Made by a program: the position numbers and the translations under genes. Below are positions 9,553 to 18,606 of a DNA stretch of 20,154 bases, one piece after another (position 1 is the stretch's first letter; each line of letters opens with the position of its first letter). The DNA lies in assembly GCA_039588295.1 (NCBI GenBank), contig JBDHAB010000048.1:1-20154 (forward strand), in the 5' to 3' direction. Under the pieces are notes generated by a model. The model saw only the letters and a program-made list of their open reading frames with translations, had not been told where the DNA came from and did no database searches. The stretch comes from Gemmatimonadota bacterium. GTDB lineage: Bacteria; Gemmatimonadota; Gemmatimonadetes; Gemmatimonadales; GWC2-71-9.

Positions 9553-9766
9553 GGTGGGCACTCCAGAGAACGTGGTTGGGAGAAGGTGTTGTCCGATGTA
9601 CCCCCCCGCAAGTGGCAGCTGCAACCCCCCTCGGCGGCGTTGCCGACGTTGTGCCGAGGATGCATTGTCACGACGCCACGCTACATTCCAAGGCGATCGA
9701 CCAGTGGTTCTTGAGAGGGTTCACCTTTGTGCGCGAGAACGCGGCGTCACTCGGAGAACGGCCGAC

Positions 9767-11065
9767 ATGAAACGTTTGACTTCGGAACCGATGGGCACGC
9801 GTCCCTTCGTCTTTGTCGCATGCGTCGCCGCGATACTTACGGCACCGTCGGCCTTCGCGCAGACGCCGTGCTGTGAGTTGATCGGACGGCCGCAGGCCGA
9901 GCAGTACCACGTTACCGCGATCGCCGAGCGCCGCTTCACGCACGGCGAGCTGTGGGATGCGCTTGAACCCTATGTGACTGGTGCGGGTGTGCGAGTGGAG
10001 ACCATCGGCTGGTCCGTGCAAGGTCGGGCGATCCGAGCCGTGAAGTTCGGCTCGGGCCCCACGCGCGTCCTGCTCTGGTCGCAAATGCATGGCGACGAGT
10101 CGACGGCAACGATGGCGCTGGCCGATGTCATTCGCTTCTTCGCAGAGGGGGGCGCGGATCCGCTCCGCGTACGCATTCGTGATCGCCTCACGGTCACGAT
10201 GGTCCCGATGTTGAACCCGGACGGTGCCGAGCGTTTCCAGCGGCACAACGCCGTGGGGGTGGATGTGAACCGCGATGCCCGCCGGGTAGCCACGCCGGAG
10301 GCGCGGGCGCTCAAGGCGTTGCGCGACAGTCTGGAGCCGGACTTCGGGTTCAACCTGCACGACCAGGGCGCACGAAACGCAGCCGGTTCGGACGGTCGCC
10401 AGGTTGCCGTCGCGCTCCTGGCGCCGGCGGCGGACTCGTCACGTGCCTACGGTCCGGTGCGCGCCCGTGCGCGGCAGCTGGCGGCCCTGCTGGCGACCGC
10501 GTTGCAGGAGGTCATACCGCATCGGGTGGCCAAGTACGACGACGAGTTCAACCCCCGTGCGTTCGGAGATCTCATCCAGCAGTGGGGCACCAGCACCGTC
10601 CTCATTGAGAGCGGGGCGCTCCCGGAGGATCCGGAAAAACAGGGACTCCGCCGTCTCAATGTCGCCCTGCTCTTGACCGCCTTCGAGGCGATCGCCACCG
10701 AGCGGTACCGGGATGCCGATTCCGCCGCCTATGAGGACCTGCCGTCCAATCACCGGATCGCCAGCGACGTCCTCCTGCGGGGTGGCTGGGTCGTGTTACC
10801 GGAGGGTGCTGCGCTGCGTCTGGATGTCGCCCTGGTATTCGAGGACCCGGTCGCCCGTCGACGACTGCTCATCGATGAGGTCGGGGATCTCGACGACGCG
10901 CAGGCTATTGACACGGTCGATGTGAGCGGGCTCTATCTCCACCTCGCCAGCCCTTCTACGCTCGATCACCGCGATTGGTGGCTCATTCGTGGCGAGCCGG
11001 TGGGGATCGTGGTGCGACGAGGGAGCGAAGAGGAGTCCGAGGTCGTGCGGCGGGTACCGGAGTGA
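9767..11065 (+). CDS. Secreted M14 zinc carboxypeptidase family protein
   Basis: IGWSVQGR, MHGDE (HxxE), NPDG, DVNRD, FNLHDQ and LIESG motifs; signal peptide ending in AFAQ; GGAGA SD upstream of ATG 9767. Confidence 0.9.
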   Translation: MKRLTSEPMGTRPFVFVACVAAILTAPSAFAQTPCCELIGRPQAEQYHVTAIAERRFTHGELWDALEPYVTGAGVRVETIGWSVQGRAIRAVKFGSGPTRVLLWSQMHGDESTATMALADVIRFFAEGGADPLRVRIRDRLTVTMVPMLNPDGAERFQRHNAVGVDVNRDARRVATPEARALKALRDSLEPDFGFNLHDQGARNAAGSDGRQVAVALLAPAADSSRAYGPVRARARQLAALLATALQEVIPHRVAKYDDEFNPRAFGDLIQQWGTSTVLIESGALPEDPEKQGLRRLNVALLLTAFEAIATERYRDADSAAYEDLPSNHRIASDVLLRGGWVVLPEGAALRLDVALVFEDPVARRRLLIDEVGDLDDAQAIDTVDVSGLYLHLASPSTLDHRDWWLIRGEPVGIVVRRGSEEESEVVRRVPE

Positions 11066-11129
11066 GAACCCCGGCCCCACGACCGCCCCAGCTGTGCTGA
11101 TACCCCGAGCGCCGTCCTCCGCGACCTCG

Positions 11130-11639
11130 CTACATCGGCTGTTCGTCGGCGGTGGGTCCGTACATCGCGGGGACCGGCGTGCCCAGGAGCCGGAGGTACA
11201 CGGAAAGCTGGCCCCGGTGGTGGATCACGTGGTTCATCACCATCGAGCGCAGCACGGCCACCTTGGGCATCGTGAACACGGTTTCGCCGCCAGCCAAGAG
11301 CGACCAGTCGCGCATCCAATCGGCGTCAGAGGTCTTGGTGATCGCCTCGTGCGCCTCGGCGACGTGCTTGTCGAGAGTGGCGAGGAGCTCGGTGTTGGTG
11401 CCGCAGACCGTGGGTTGGAACGGTGGGCCGTCTTTCGGGGCGATGTCCAGCTCGTCCTGCATGCAGGTCATCACGGTCCATTGCGGCATCTCGGCCAGGT
11501 GTGAGGCGAGGCGGCCGAGGGTCATGGATTTCTCGTGCGGCTGCCAGTCGTGTTTCGCTTCCGGCACGCGCTCCAGCATCCGGCGCGTGCTGGCCATCTC
11601 TTGGTCGAACTCGGGGAGCAAGGACTCGGTGATGGTCAT
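11130..11639 (-). CDS. DinB/YfiT family protein
   Basis: WQPHEKSMTLGRLASHLAE, NHVIHHRGQLSVYLR and VPAMYGPTADE motifs with a His triad; GGAG SD before ATG 11639. Confidence 0.92.
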   Translation of the reverse strand: MTITESLLPEFDQEMASTRRMLERVPEAKHDWQPHEKSMTLGRLASHLAEMPQWTVMTCMQDELDIAPKDGPPFQPTVCGTNTELLATLDKHVAEAHEAITKTSDADWMRDWSLLAGGETVFTMPKVAVLRSMVMNHVIHHRGQLSVYLRLLGTPVPAMYGPTADEQPM

Positions 11640-11811
11640 GGTCGGTCTCCGTAATCTGATCATGCAACACTAGCAGGGTGGGGCGCCCAGGGGGAAGCGT
11701 CCACCGCCCTTGTGTCTCGCGCAATGGCGCTGCGCCTGTCATCTTGTTCGTATGCGCGACCGCCTCGAGCGATACAACCTGAGGGCCTCCGACTCGACTC
11801 GCCACGTCCAC

Positions 11812-12999
11812 ATGAACAGCCGCGAACGCGTTCGTATCGCTATGGCATTGAATGAACCGGACCGCGTGCCGGTGTTCTGCCAGCTCGCCCTCGGCCACTA
11901 CTTCCTGAACGCCACCGCTTCTCCGGTCGATATCTGGTACCGGTCCGAGGCGTTCGCTGACGCGTTAGTCGAGCTGCAACAGCGGTACTGCTTCGACGGC
12001 ATCCTGGTCAATCTGCCGGGTCGGGATCCGGAGTTCGAGCGACACGTCGACCGTGTCGAAGAGGGTGCGCGCGAAACCACGGTCCGATGGAAGAACGGCT
12101 GCTTCACGCGAGTGCCGCGCGACGACAACCCGCATTACCTGCAGCCCGACGGCACGCAGTTCCATCCTGCTTTCGGGGATGTGGAGCCCGAGAAGCTCTG
12201 GTACGTGGAGCCCTGGGACCTTACCGGGATTACCTACCCCTCGACGTGGGATTTCGAGGATGAGCCCCGGTCCGTCGACGACTTCTTCCCCCCGCACCAC
12301 TTCGATACCATCGCCGCGGTCCGGGAGAAGACGGGAGGGGAGATCTCGGTACACTCGGAGATCTTCAGCCCGCTCTCCCAGGTCCTCGAGCTGCTGGGGT
12401 ACGAGCAGGCGCTGGTCGCGCTCGTGGAAGATGCGCCCAAGGTTCATGCGTGTTTGGAGCGTCTCACCGACGGAGCGATCGACCTCGCGAGCCGCCAAGC
12501 GGCGGCGGGGGCCGACGCGGTGCTCATCTCCTCGGCGTTCGCGGGTGGTGGATTCATCTCGCCCGCGCATTACCGGGAGTTCGTGCTACCCTACGAGCGC
12601 CGTGTGATCGCGGAGGTCCGCGCCCGGCATCCCCAGGTCACGATGTACACGCACACCTGCGGGGCCATCGGCGATCGACTCGATCTGATGCTCGAGACCG
12701 GAACGCAAGGGATCGATACGCTCGATCCGCCGCCACTTGGCACGGTCGAACTCGAGGACGCCGTGGCCGTGCTCGAGGGCAAAGCGTTCATCAAGGGGAA
12801 CATCGATCCCGTGAACACACTCCTGCACGGTGATGAAGCGAAGGTTCGGGAGGCCGTGCTGCACCGGTTGCGCGTTGCCAAGCCGGGTGGCGGCTTCATC
12901 CTGAGCTCGGCGTGCTCGGTGGCTCCAGCGGCCAAACCGGAGGTACTGGAGTTGATGACCGAGATCGCGATGGAGTACGGCGTGTACGGCACCACATAG
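11812..12999 (+). CDS. Uroporphyrinogen decarboxylase superfamily protein, MtbA/MtaA/CmuA (MT2)-like corrinoid methyltransferase
   Basis: MNSRERV...PDRVPV N-terminus; FISPAHYREFVLPY; HTCG (HxC); KGNIDP; GGGFILSSAC (third Zn ligand). Start may be 11752 or 11812. Confidence 0.85.
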   Translation: MNSRERVRIAMALNEPDRVPVFCQLALGHYFLNATASPVDIWYRSEAFADALVELQQRYCFDGILVNLPGRDPEFERHVDRVEEGARETTVRWKNGCFTRVPRDDNPHYLQPDGTQFHPAFGDVEPEKLWYVEPWDLTGITYPSTWDFEDEPRSVDDFFPPHHFDTIAAVREKTGGEISVHSEIFSPLSQVLELLGYEQALVALVEDAPKVHACLERLTDGAIDLASRQAAAGADAVLISSAFAGGGFISPAHYREFVLPYERRVIAEVRARHPQVTMYTHTCGAIGDRLDLMLETGTQGIDTLDPPPLGTVELEDAVAVLEGKAFIKGNIDPVNTLLHGDEAKVREAVLHRLRVAKPGGGFILSSACSVAPAAKPEVLELMTEIAMEYGVYGTT

Positions 13000-13014
13000 C
13001 GAGCCGACGGAGTC

Positions 13015-14790
13015 CTACCGTACCATCTGCTCCCACCCGATGCGCCGGATGAGCAGGACGACGCCTACGGCGCAGAGCGCGGCTCCAGCCAGTGCCAGCA
13101 TCCCTCGCAGGTACGCTCCAAAGAGCATCAGGCCGATGGCGGGGAGGGTGCAGTAGACGATCCCCGCCGCAAGCACGGCCGCCAGGAGTGACAGTCCAAG
13201 GTGGCGGTCCGGTTGGGTTTCCGGCACTGACGCCGCGATGGGTCTCCAGCCCGGCCCCCCGGGGCGCACCTTCCGGTAGAAGCTCCTGAGCGTCTCCTCA
13301 CGTTCGGGTCGGGTGAGGTAGGTCGCCACCAGCCACGCTGCGATCGTGAACGCGGCCACTACGGCGAGCCGATACTCGTTGGCCTCGACGAAACGACTTA
13401 CGACGAGGAACCCGGCCAGCGACGCCACCATCGCCACGATCTCGGACCAGGCGTTGATGCGCCACCAGAACCATCGCAACATGAATACCGCGCCGGTTCC
13501 GGCACCGAGGGCGGCCAAGAACTTCCATGCTTCGTCCACCGAGGTGCCGCGCATCAGCCAGGCCGCAACACTCCCCACGGCCAACACCAGAATCGACGCC
13601 GCTCGCGAGACCCGCGTGAGGTGTTTGTCGCTGGCGTCGGGCCGCACGAAGCGCTTGTAGAAGTCGCTCACCAGGTAGGACGCGCCCCAGTTCATCTGCG
13701 TGGAGATGGTGGACATGAACGCCGCAAAGAACGCGACCAGCATGAGGCCGCGGAGGCCGGCGGGTGCCAAGTCGCGGATGACGCTCGGGAACCCGACGCC
13801 CGGGTCGTCCATGGTGCGAAGGTCCGGGTACATAGCGAGTGCGGCAAACGCCACGAGCAGCCACGGCCAAGGTCGGACGCAGTAGTGCGCGATCTGGAAC
13901 CACAGCGTCGCCAGCACCGAGTGTCGCTCGTCCTTGGCGGACGCCATCCGCTGGACCACATACCCCCCGCCTCCTGGCTCCGCTCCCGGATACCACGAGG
14001 CCCACCATTGGACGAACAGCATGACGAAGAAGATCCCCAGCGGCATCCACGGATCGGTTGCGGTGAAATTTGGCAAGTAGCGGAAGGCGTCTTCGCCCTG
14101 CGGAAAGGCGGTCACCACCTCGGCTCGCATCGCTTCCATTCCGCCCAGGTGATTCACCGCGATCGCCGCGAGCGCGATCGAGCCCGCCATTGCCAAGATG
14201 AACTGGACGAAGTCGGTTACCGCAACACCCCAGAGTCCGGCCAGCGTCGCATAGATCCCGACCACGCCGAGCAAGACCACGATGAGAATCCACTCACTGC
14301 CGCCTGCCCCTGCCTCTTGCCCGGCGAAGACCGTCTGCTGCAGGACGGTGACCATTGCGCCCGTGACCCACCCGATGATGATCGCGTTTACCAGGAGCGC
14401 GATGTAGATGGCGCGAAAGCCGCGGAGGAACGCCGCTGCCTTCCCGCCGTAACGGAGCTCGACGAGTTCGACATCCGTCATCACCTCCGCGCGGCGCCAC
14501 AGCCTGGCGTAGACGAATACCGTGATCATTCCGCCCAACGCGAACGCCCACCAGAACCAGTTGCCCGCAAGTCCATGACGCGCGACCAGCCCCGTGACGG
14601 CAAGCGGTGTGTCGGCGGCGAACGTCGTGGCCACCATGGACGTCCCCGCGATCCACCACGGGAGTGAGCGTCCCGAAAGGAAGTATTCGGTGAGGTTTTT
14701 GCCTGCGCGCTTGCGGAAACCCAAGCCAATCGCGAACGCGAGGGCCAAGTACGCGACGATGACGAGCCAGTCGAGACCGGTGAGTTCCAC
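13015..14790 (-). CDS. Sodium:solute symporter (SSS) family transporter
   Basis: EYFLSGRSLPWW, SMVATTFAADTP, QRMASAKDE and AAFMSTISTQMN motifs; more than 13 hydrophobic segments; GTG start. Confidence 0.93.
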   Translation of the reverse strand: MELTGLDWLVIVAYLALAFAIGLGFRKRAGKNLTEYFLSGRSLPWWIAGTSMVATTFAADTPLAVTGLVARHGLAGNWFWWAFALGGMITVFVYARLWRRAEVMTDVELVELRYGGKAAAFLRGFRAIYIALLVNAIIIGWVTGAMVTVLQQTVFAGQEAGAGGSEWILIVVLLGVVGIYATLAGLWGVAVTDFVQFILAMAGSIALAAIAVNHLGGMEAMRAEVVTAFPQGEDAFRYLPNFTATDPWMPLGIFFVMLFVQWWASWYPGAEPGGGGYVVQRMASAKDERHSVLATLWFQIAHYCVRPWPWLLVAFAALAMYPDLRTMDDPGVGFPSVIRDLAPAGLRGLMLVAFFAAFMSTISTQMNWGASYLVSDFYKRFVRPDASDKHLTRVSRAASILVLAVGSVAAWLMRGTSVDEAWKFLAALGAGTGAVFMLRWFWWRINAWSEIVAMVASLAGFLVVSRFVEANEYRLAVVAAFTIAAWLVATYLTRPEREETLRSFYRKVRPGGPGWRPIAASVPETQPDRHLGLSLLAAVLAAGIVYCTLPAIGLMLFGAYLRGMLALAGAALCAVGVVLLIRRIGWEQMVR

Positions 14791-14874
14791 GATTCGATTC
14801 GCGCTTTCTCGAAGTTGGTGACGTGTGGTGGACGTAGACCAGATGGTCCGAGAGCGACGGGGGCCCGCTACATC

Positions 14875-15765
14875 CTACTGACGCAACCCGTCCACCATTT
14901 CCCGCAACGCCCGGATATGCTGCGGTGTCGTTCCGCAGCATCCTCCGATGACCGACACACCGATCGCGAGGAGGGCCCGGGCTTGATCGGCCATGAATTC
15001 GGGTGTCTCGTCGTACACCGTCTTGCCCCCCTTGCTTCGTGGGAGCCCCGCGTTGGGCTGAATACAGAGCGGGAGCTGGCTGTGACGGCGAAACTCTTCG
15101 GCGATCTCGACCATGTGCTCGCTGCCGTTGCCGCAGTTCGAGCCGACGGCGTCCGCACCGACCTCCTCGAGTCCCATTGCCGCTGCTTCCACACTGACTC
15201 CCATGATCGTGTAGAATCCCCGCGGTGTCGGGTCGAACGTCATCGTGGCCACGACCGGTGTCTCCACGGAGACGTCCTTGGCCGCCAGCACCGCGAGTCT
15301 TGCCTCCTCGAGATCGGTCATGGTCTCCACGAACACACAATCCACGTCCGCGGCAACGAGACACTCCATCTGGTGCCGGTAGCTGGCATACAGCTCGTCG
15401 AGTCCAGTTTCGCCGTAGGGCTTGAGGAGCGCGCCACTGGGACCACAGGACCCGACAACATACGCGCGACCCGCAACCACGCCGCGAGCGGCGAGCACGG
15501 CCTCGCGGTTGAGCGCTTCCGCTTCGGCAGCCAAGCCGGAAAGCGCGAGCTTCAGCGGAGACGCGCCGAACGTGTTGGTCTCGATGATCTCGGCCCCGGC
15601 GTCGAGATAGAGCTGAGCGATCTCCTCGAGCACCTCGGGACGTGACAGCGTGACCGATTCCGGAGGCTCACCCGGTTTGAGTCCCCGCTCGAACAGCATC
15701 GTTCCCATGGCGCCGTCGGCGACGATGGGATCGCCGGATACCAGCCGCTCGGCAAACGGTCTCAC
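14875..15765 (-). CDS. Homocysteine S-methyltransferase domain protein (stand-alone MetH N-terminal, Hcy-binding module)
   Basis: DGAMGT, AGAEIIETNTFGA, FVETM, GSNC, PNAGLP and GGCCGTTP (three Zn-binding Cys). GTG start at 15765, 1 nt after the upstream TGA. Confidence 0.93.
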   Translation of the reverse strand: MRPFAERLVSGDPIVADGAMGTMLFERGLKPGEPPESVTLSRPEVLEEIAQLYLDAGAEIIETNTFGASPLKLALSGLAAEAEALNREAVLAARGVVAGRAYVVGSCGPSGALLKPYGETGLDELYASYRHQMECLVAADVDCVFVETMTDLEEARLAVLAAKDVSVETPVVATMTFDPTPRGFYTIMGVSVEAAAMGLEEVGADAVGSNCGNGSEHMVEIAEEFRRHSQLPLCIQPNAGLPRSKGGKTVYDETPEFMADQARALLAIGVSVIGGCCGTTPQHIRALREMVDGLRQ

Positions 15766-15766
15766 C

Positions 15767-16405
15767 TCAACGTGGCGCCGCGAGTTGCTTGACCACGACA
15801 ACTGCGTTTGCCGCGTCGAACCCATAGGCATCCGCGCCGATCTCCTTGGCGAACTCTTCGGTGACGGGCGCTCCGCCGACGATGGTCCGGATCTGCCCGT
15901 CGAGGTTCTCCCGCCGCACCAGCTCGCAGACCTCACTCATCGCCGGCATCGTCGTCGTGAGCAGCGCGGACATGCCGATGACGGAAGCGCCCTCCTCTTT
16001 GGCTGACTGCACCATCTTGTCCGGGTGCACGTCGTGTCCTAGATCGACGACATCGAACCCAGCGCCCTTGAGCATGATGCCGACCAGGTTCTTGCCGATA
16101 TCGTGCAGATCGCCGCGTACCGATCCGATCACCACCTTGCCGAGAGAGGGAATGCCCTCCGAAATGAGCAGCGGCCGGAGCTCGTCCATGCCGGCGTACA
16201 TTGCCTTGGCCGCCATGAGCACGTCGGGAAGGAAGATTTCGTGCACGCGAAACCGCTCACCCACGACATCCATCCCGGCGATCAGCCCGTCATCCAGGAT
16301 CGACTTGGGAGAGACCTCCTGCTGAATCACCTGCCGCGTGAGCTCTCCGACCCGTGCGTGGTCTCCACGGATGACGGCGTTCGCAATCTCAGCTAGCAAC
16401 TTCAC
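15767..16405 (-). CDS. Corrinoid (cobalamin-binding) protein, cap plus B12-binding domain, MttC/MtgC-like
   Basis: GLIAGMDVVGERF...FLPDV cap domain; GDLHDIGKNLV (DxHxxG); SALLTTT; VGGAPV; GGAG SD 7 nt before the GTG start. Confidence 0.95.
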   Translation of the reverse strand: MKLLAEIANAVIRGDHARVGELTRQVIQQEVSPKSILDDGLIAGMDVVGERFRVHEIFLPDVLMAAKAMYAGMDELRPLLISEGIPSLGKVVIGSVRGDLHDIGKNLVGIMLKGAGFDVVDLGHDVHPDKMVQSAKEEGASVIGMSALLTTTMPAMSEVCELVRRENLDGQIRTIVGGAPVTEEFAKEIGADAYGFDAANAVVVVKQLAAPR

Positions 16406-16435
16406 ATCGATTCTCCCGCGCGGGTCAAGGGACCG

Positions 16436-17143
16436 TCACCGGATAAACAACTGGCGGATTCGCTCGCGGCAGCTCCTGGTCTCACACCGGCTACAGAACT
16501 CGTAGGTCGGCGGAAACCGGTGAATCTCTCTCGGACCGGCAATCATCACGCCCGAAACCGATTTGAGAGGTTGCATGAGGCAGCTATCGGTCAGCGTTAC
16601 CCCGATCTGCTCCGGCTCGAGATACTGGAACAACCGTCGTTGGCCCGTGACGTGCCACCCACAGTACCCGGGACTGTATCGCAGCGCCGCCCCATCGGGC
16701 GTGTCCCACCCACGCTCCGTGAGGAGATCTTCGTACCGACGCTCGGCCAGATCAGCCGTACCGTCCGCGGCTGCCGACGCCATCGCATCCAACATCGACG
16801 CCAGCGCAAAGTCGTTCAGGTTAAAGCCTCTGGCGATCGCTTGACTCGTTTGCTCGCCGAGCGTGACGACAAAGAGCGCCAATCGGTCTGCCCGTGGAAA
16901 GATGTCACCGACAGGCGCATTCGGCTCGTTCCGACCCTCGCCGCGATAGACGTCCCCGAACTCGGACCTGGGAATGTCCACGATCACGCCAGCCGGCGCG
17001 ACGGTTTCCGCGAAAATCGCCGCCGCCGCGGCATAGAGGTCCTCGATGCGGTCCTGAATCTCCGCCCCCGGTGGGATGCCCAGGTTCTCGAACACGTGGG
17101 CGCGGTCGGGCGCGACCTCCTCTGGTACGAAGGTCAGGATCAC
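16436..17143 (-). CDS. Stand-alone methionine synthase (MetH) SAM-dependent reactivation domain protein
   Basis: LFVVTLG, RYSPGY, IGVTLTDSCLMQPLKSVSG motifs of the Met_synt_B12 activation domain; GTGA start/stop overlap with the upstream gene. Confidence 0.88.
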   Translation of the reverse strand: MILTFVPEEVAPDRAHVFENLGIPPGAEIQDRIEDLYAAAAAIFAETVAPAGVIVDIPRSEFGDVYRGEGRNEPNAPVGDIFPRADRLALFVVTLGEQTSQAIARGFNLNDFALASMLDAMASAAADGTADLAERRYEDLLTERGWDTPDGAALRYSPGYCGWHVTGQRRLFQYLEPEQIGVTLTDSCLMQPLKSVSGVMIAGPREIHRFPPTYEFCSRCETRSCRERIRQLFIR

Positions 17144-18606
17144 GCGCGCATGCTCCGGTAGGGGAGCGCGTCCATGCCGTAGCGCTTCGCTTCCGAGGCC
17201 ATGCGGCGCGTCAGCTCCGTCTTGACGTCGTCGGACAAGGACGACGGAGTGTACTGTGTGAGGAGCCTCTCCACTTCGTTGTGCGCCCGCTGCCCGAGCG
17301 TGCGGCCTCCTTCGTCCTGCCAGCGTGACCGGTTCGCACGATCGATCGTCACTCCTGGAAAGCGAAGCTCGTCCCGCAGATACTTCCGCGTGTGATCGGA
17401 GATCAGGAGATGCTGTTCTTGCAGCAGCTCCTCGAAGCGCGGGATGGCCGGGAAGTCTTCGCGTGGCTCGACACCGGCGACGAGCCGGAGGGCCATCCCG
17501 CAGATCTCGTTGTCCAAGACCAGCTTCTCGAGACTCTGACAGCTCTCGAAGTCGAGCATGCCCGGACCGGAGATGCTGTTGATGCCAGCCAGCGCGGCGA
17601 GCGTCGCGCCCATGGACGTTTCGAGGCCAGCCTGCGCGTCGAGCAACTTGGCGTCACTCAATGCCATGTACGCCTGCGTCGGCATTCCCAGATGCTTGCC
17701 GATCTCGCTGTAGGCACATTCCACCATCATGGTTTCCACCGCGCCCATCGGCGTGGTTTCGTAGCGAATGTCGAACACGGCGGGTGAGCCACCGTAGAGA
17801 GCCGGCGTCCCGGGACTGGTGAGCTGGCTGATGACGATGCCGCTCAACGTCTCGGCCGTGTGCTGCACCAGCGTCCCGACGATGGTGACCGGAGCCACGA
17901 ACCCCGTGAGCGGCATCGAGACGTACTCCACGGGAATCGCGTGTTCCGCGCAGTCGATCAGATTCTGCGAGGTGACGTCACTCCATTTCAGCGGGGCGGT
18001 GGGGCAGCAGGAGAAGATCGTGAGTGGCTTTGCCTTCAGTTCTTCCACCGATCCCCGAACCGCCAGTTGGAGATCCCGCATGACGGCAAACGCGTCGGCG
18101 GTGAACGCGCCCGTCACGACCGGCTTCTCGCACAGCATCAGGCTCAAGTACAGCCGGTAGCTGTCCGAGACGTTCTGGTGGACGTCACTGGGCACGAGTG
18201 CCGTGCTCTGGAACGCGAGGTGGTCGAGCTGCGCGATGACTTTGGCATACCTGACGTAGTCGTCGGTCGTCGGGGGACGCTCAACTTGCGTGTCGTGGTC
18301 GAGTACGTTGATTGCGGCGGACCCTGGCGTGAAGTGGATGTTGGGATCGGACAGGTCGCCGGCGCCGTCGCCGAGCGCGTCGTACAGTTGAAATCCGGGC
18401 GGCACGGTGCGCAGTGCCTGGTCGATGATGTCGTCGGTAAGGAATACCCGGTGCGAGTCGGCTCGTACCTCTGCACCGTGATCCGCGAGCAGCGAGACAA
18501 CCGCGGGATTGTTGATCTCCACGCCTAGCGAGCGCAGCAGCGACCGTGCTTCCCCGATGATTTGCTCCACGAGCTGATCGCCCAGGAACCGGACACCGGG
18601 TCTCAT
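17140..18606 (-). CDS. MttB-family trimethylamine/quaternary amine:corrinoid methyltransferase, non-pyrrolysine
   Basis: APVTIVGTLVQHTAETLSG, PGTPALYG, GAVE, SDAKLLDAQAGLET, GPGML and SLEKLVLDNE motifs; continuous 488-aa ORF with no in-frame amber codon. Confidence 0.93.
   Translation of the reverse strand: MRPGVRFLGDQLVEQIIGEARSLLRSLGVEINNPAVVSLLADHGAEVRADSHRVFLTDDIIDQALRTVPPGFQLYDALGDGAGDLSDPNIHFTPGSAAINVLDHDTQVERPPTTDDYVRYAKVIAQLDHLAFQSTALVPSDVHQNVSDSYRLYLSLMLCEKPVVTGAFTADAFAVMRDLQLAVRGSVEELKAKPLTIFSCCPTAPLKWSDVTSQNLIDCAEHAIPVEYVSMPLTGFVAPVTIVGTLVQHTAETLSGIVISQLTSPGTPALYGGSPAVFDIRYETTPMGAVETMMVECAYSEIGKHLGMPTQAYMALSDAKLLDAQAGLETSMGATLAALAGINSISGPGMLDFESCQSLEKLVLDNEICGMALRLVAGVEPREDFPAIPRFEELLQEQHLLISDHTRKYLRDELRFPGVTIDRANRSRWQDEGGRTLGQRAHNEVERLLTQYTPSSLSDDVKTELTRRMASEAKRYGMDALPYRSMRA

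Noticed and set aside
11130..11639. DinB as a thiol transferase partner of the MT2-like gene
   Set aside because: Only divergent adjacency supports it; this DinB subtype is widespread and no further link is visible.
17659..17661. TTG one base from TAG at the presumed pyrrolysine position, as a trace of Pyl loss
   Set aside because: TTG is used elsewhere in the same gene (again five codons later) and no pyl genes are present in the window; probably coincidental.
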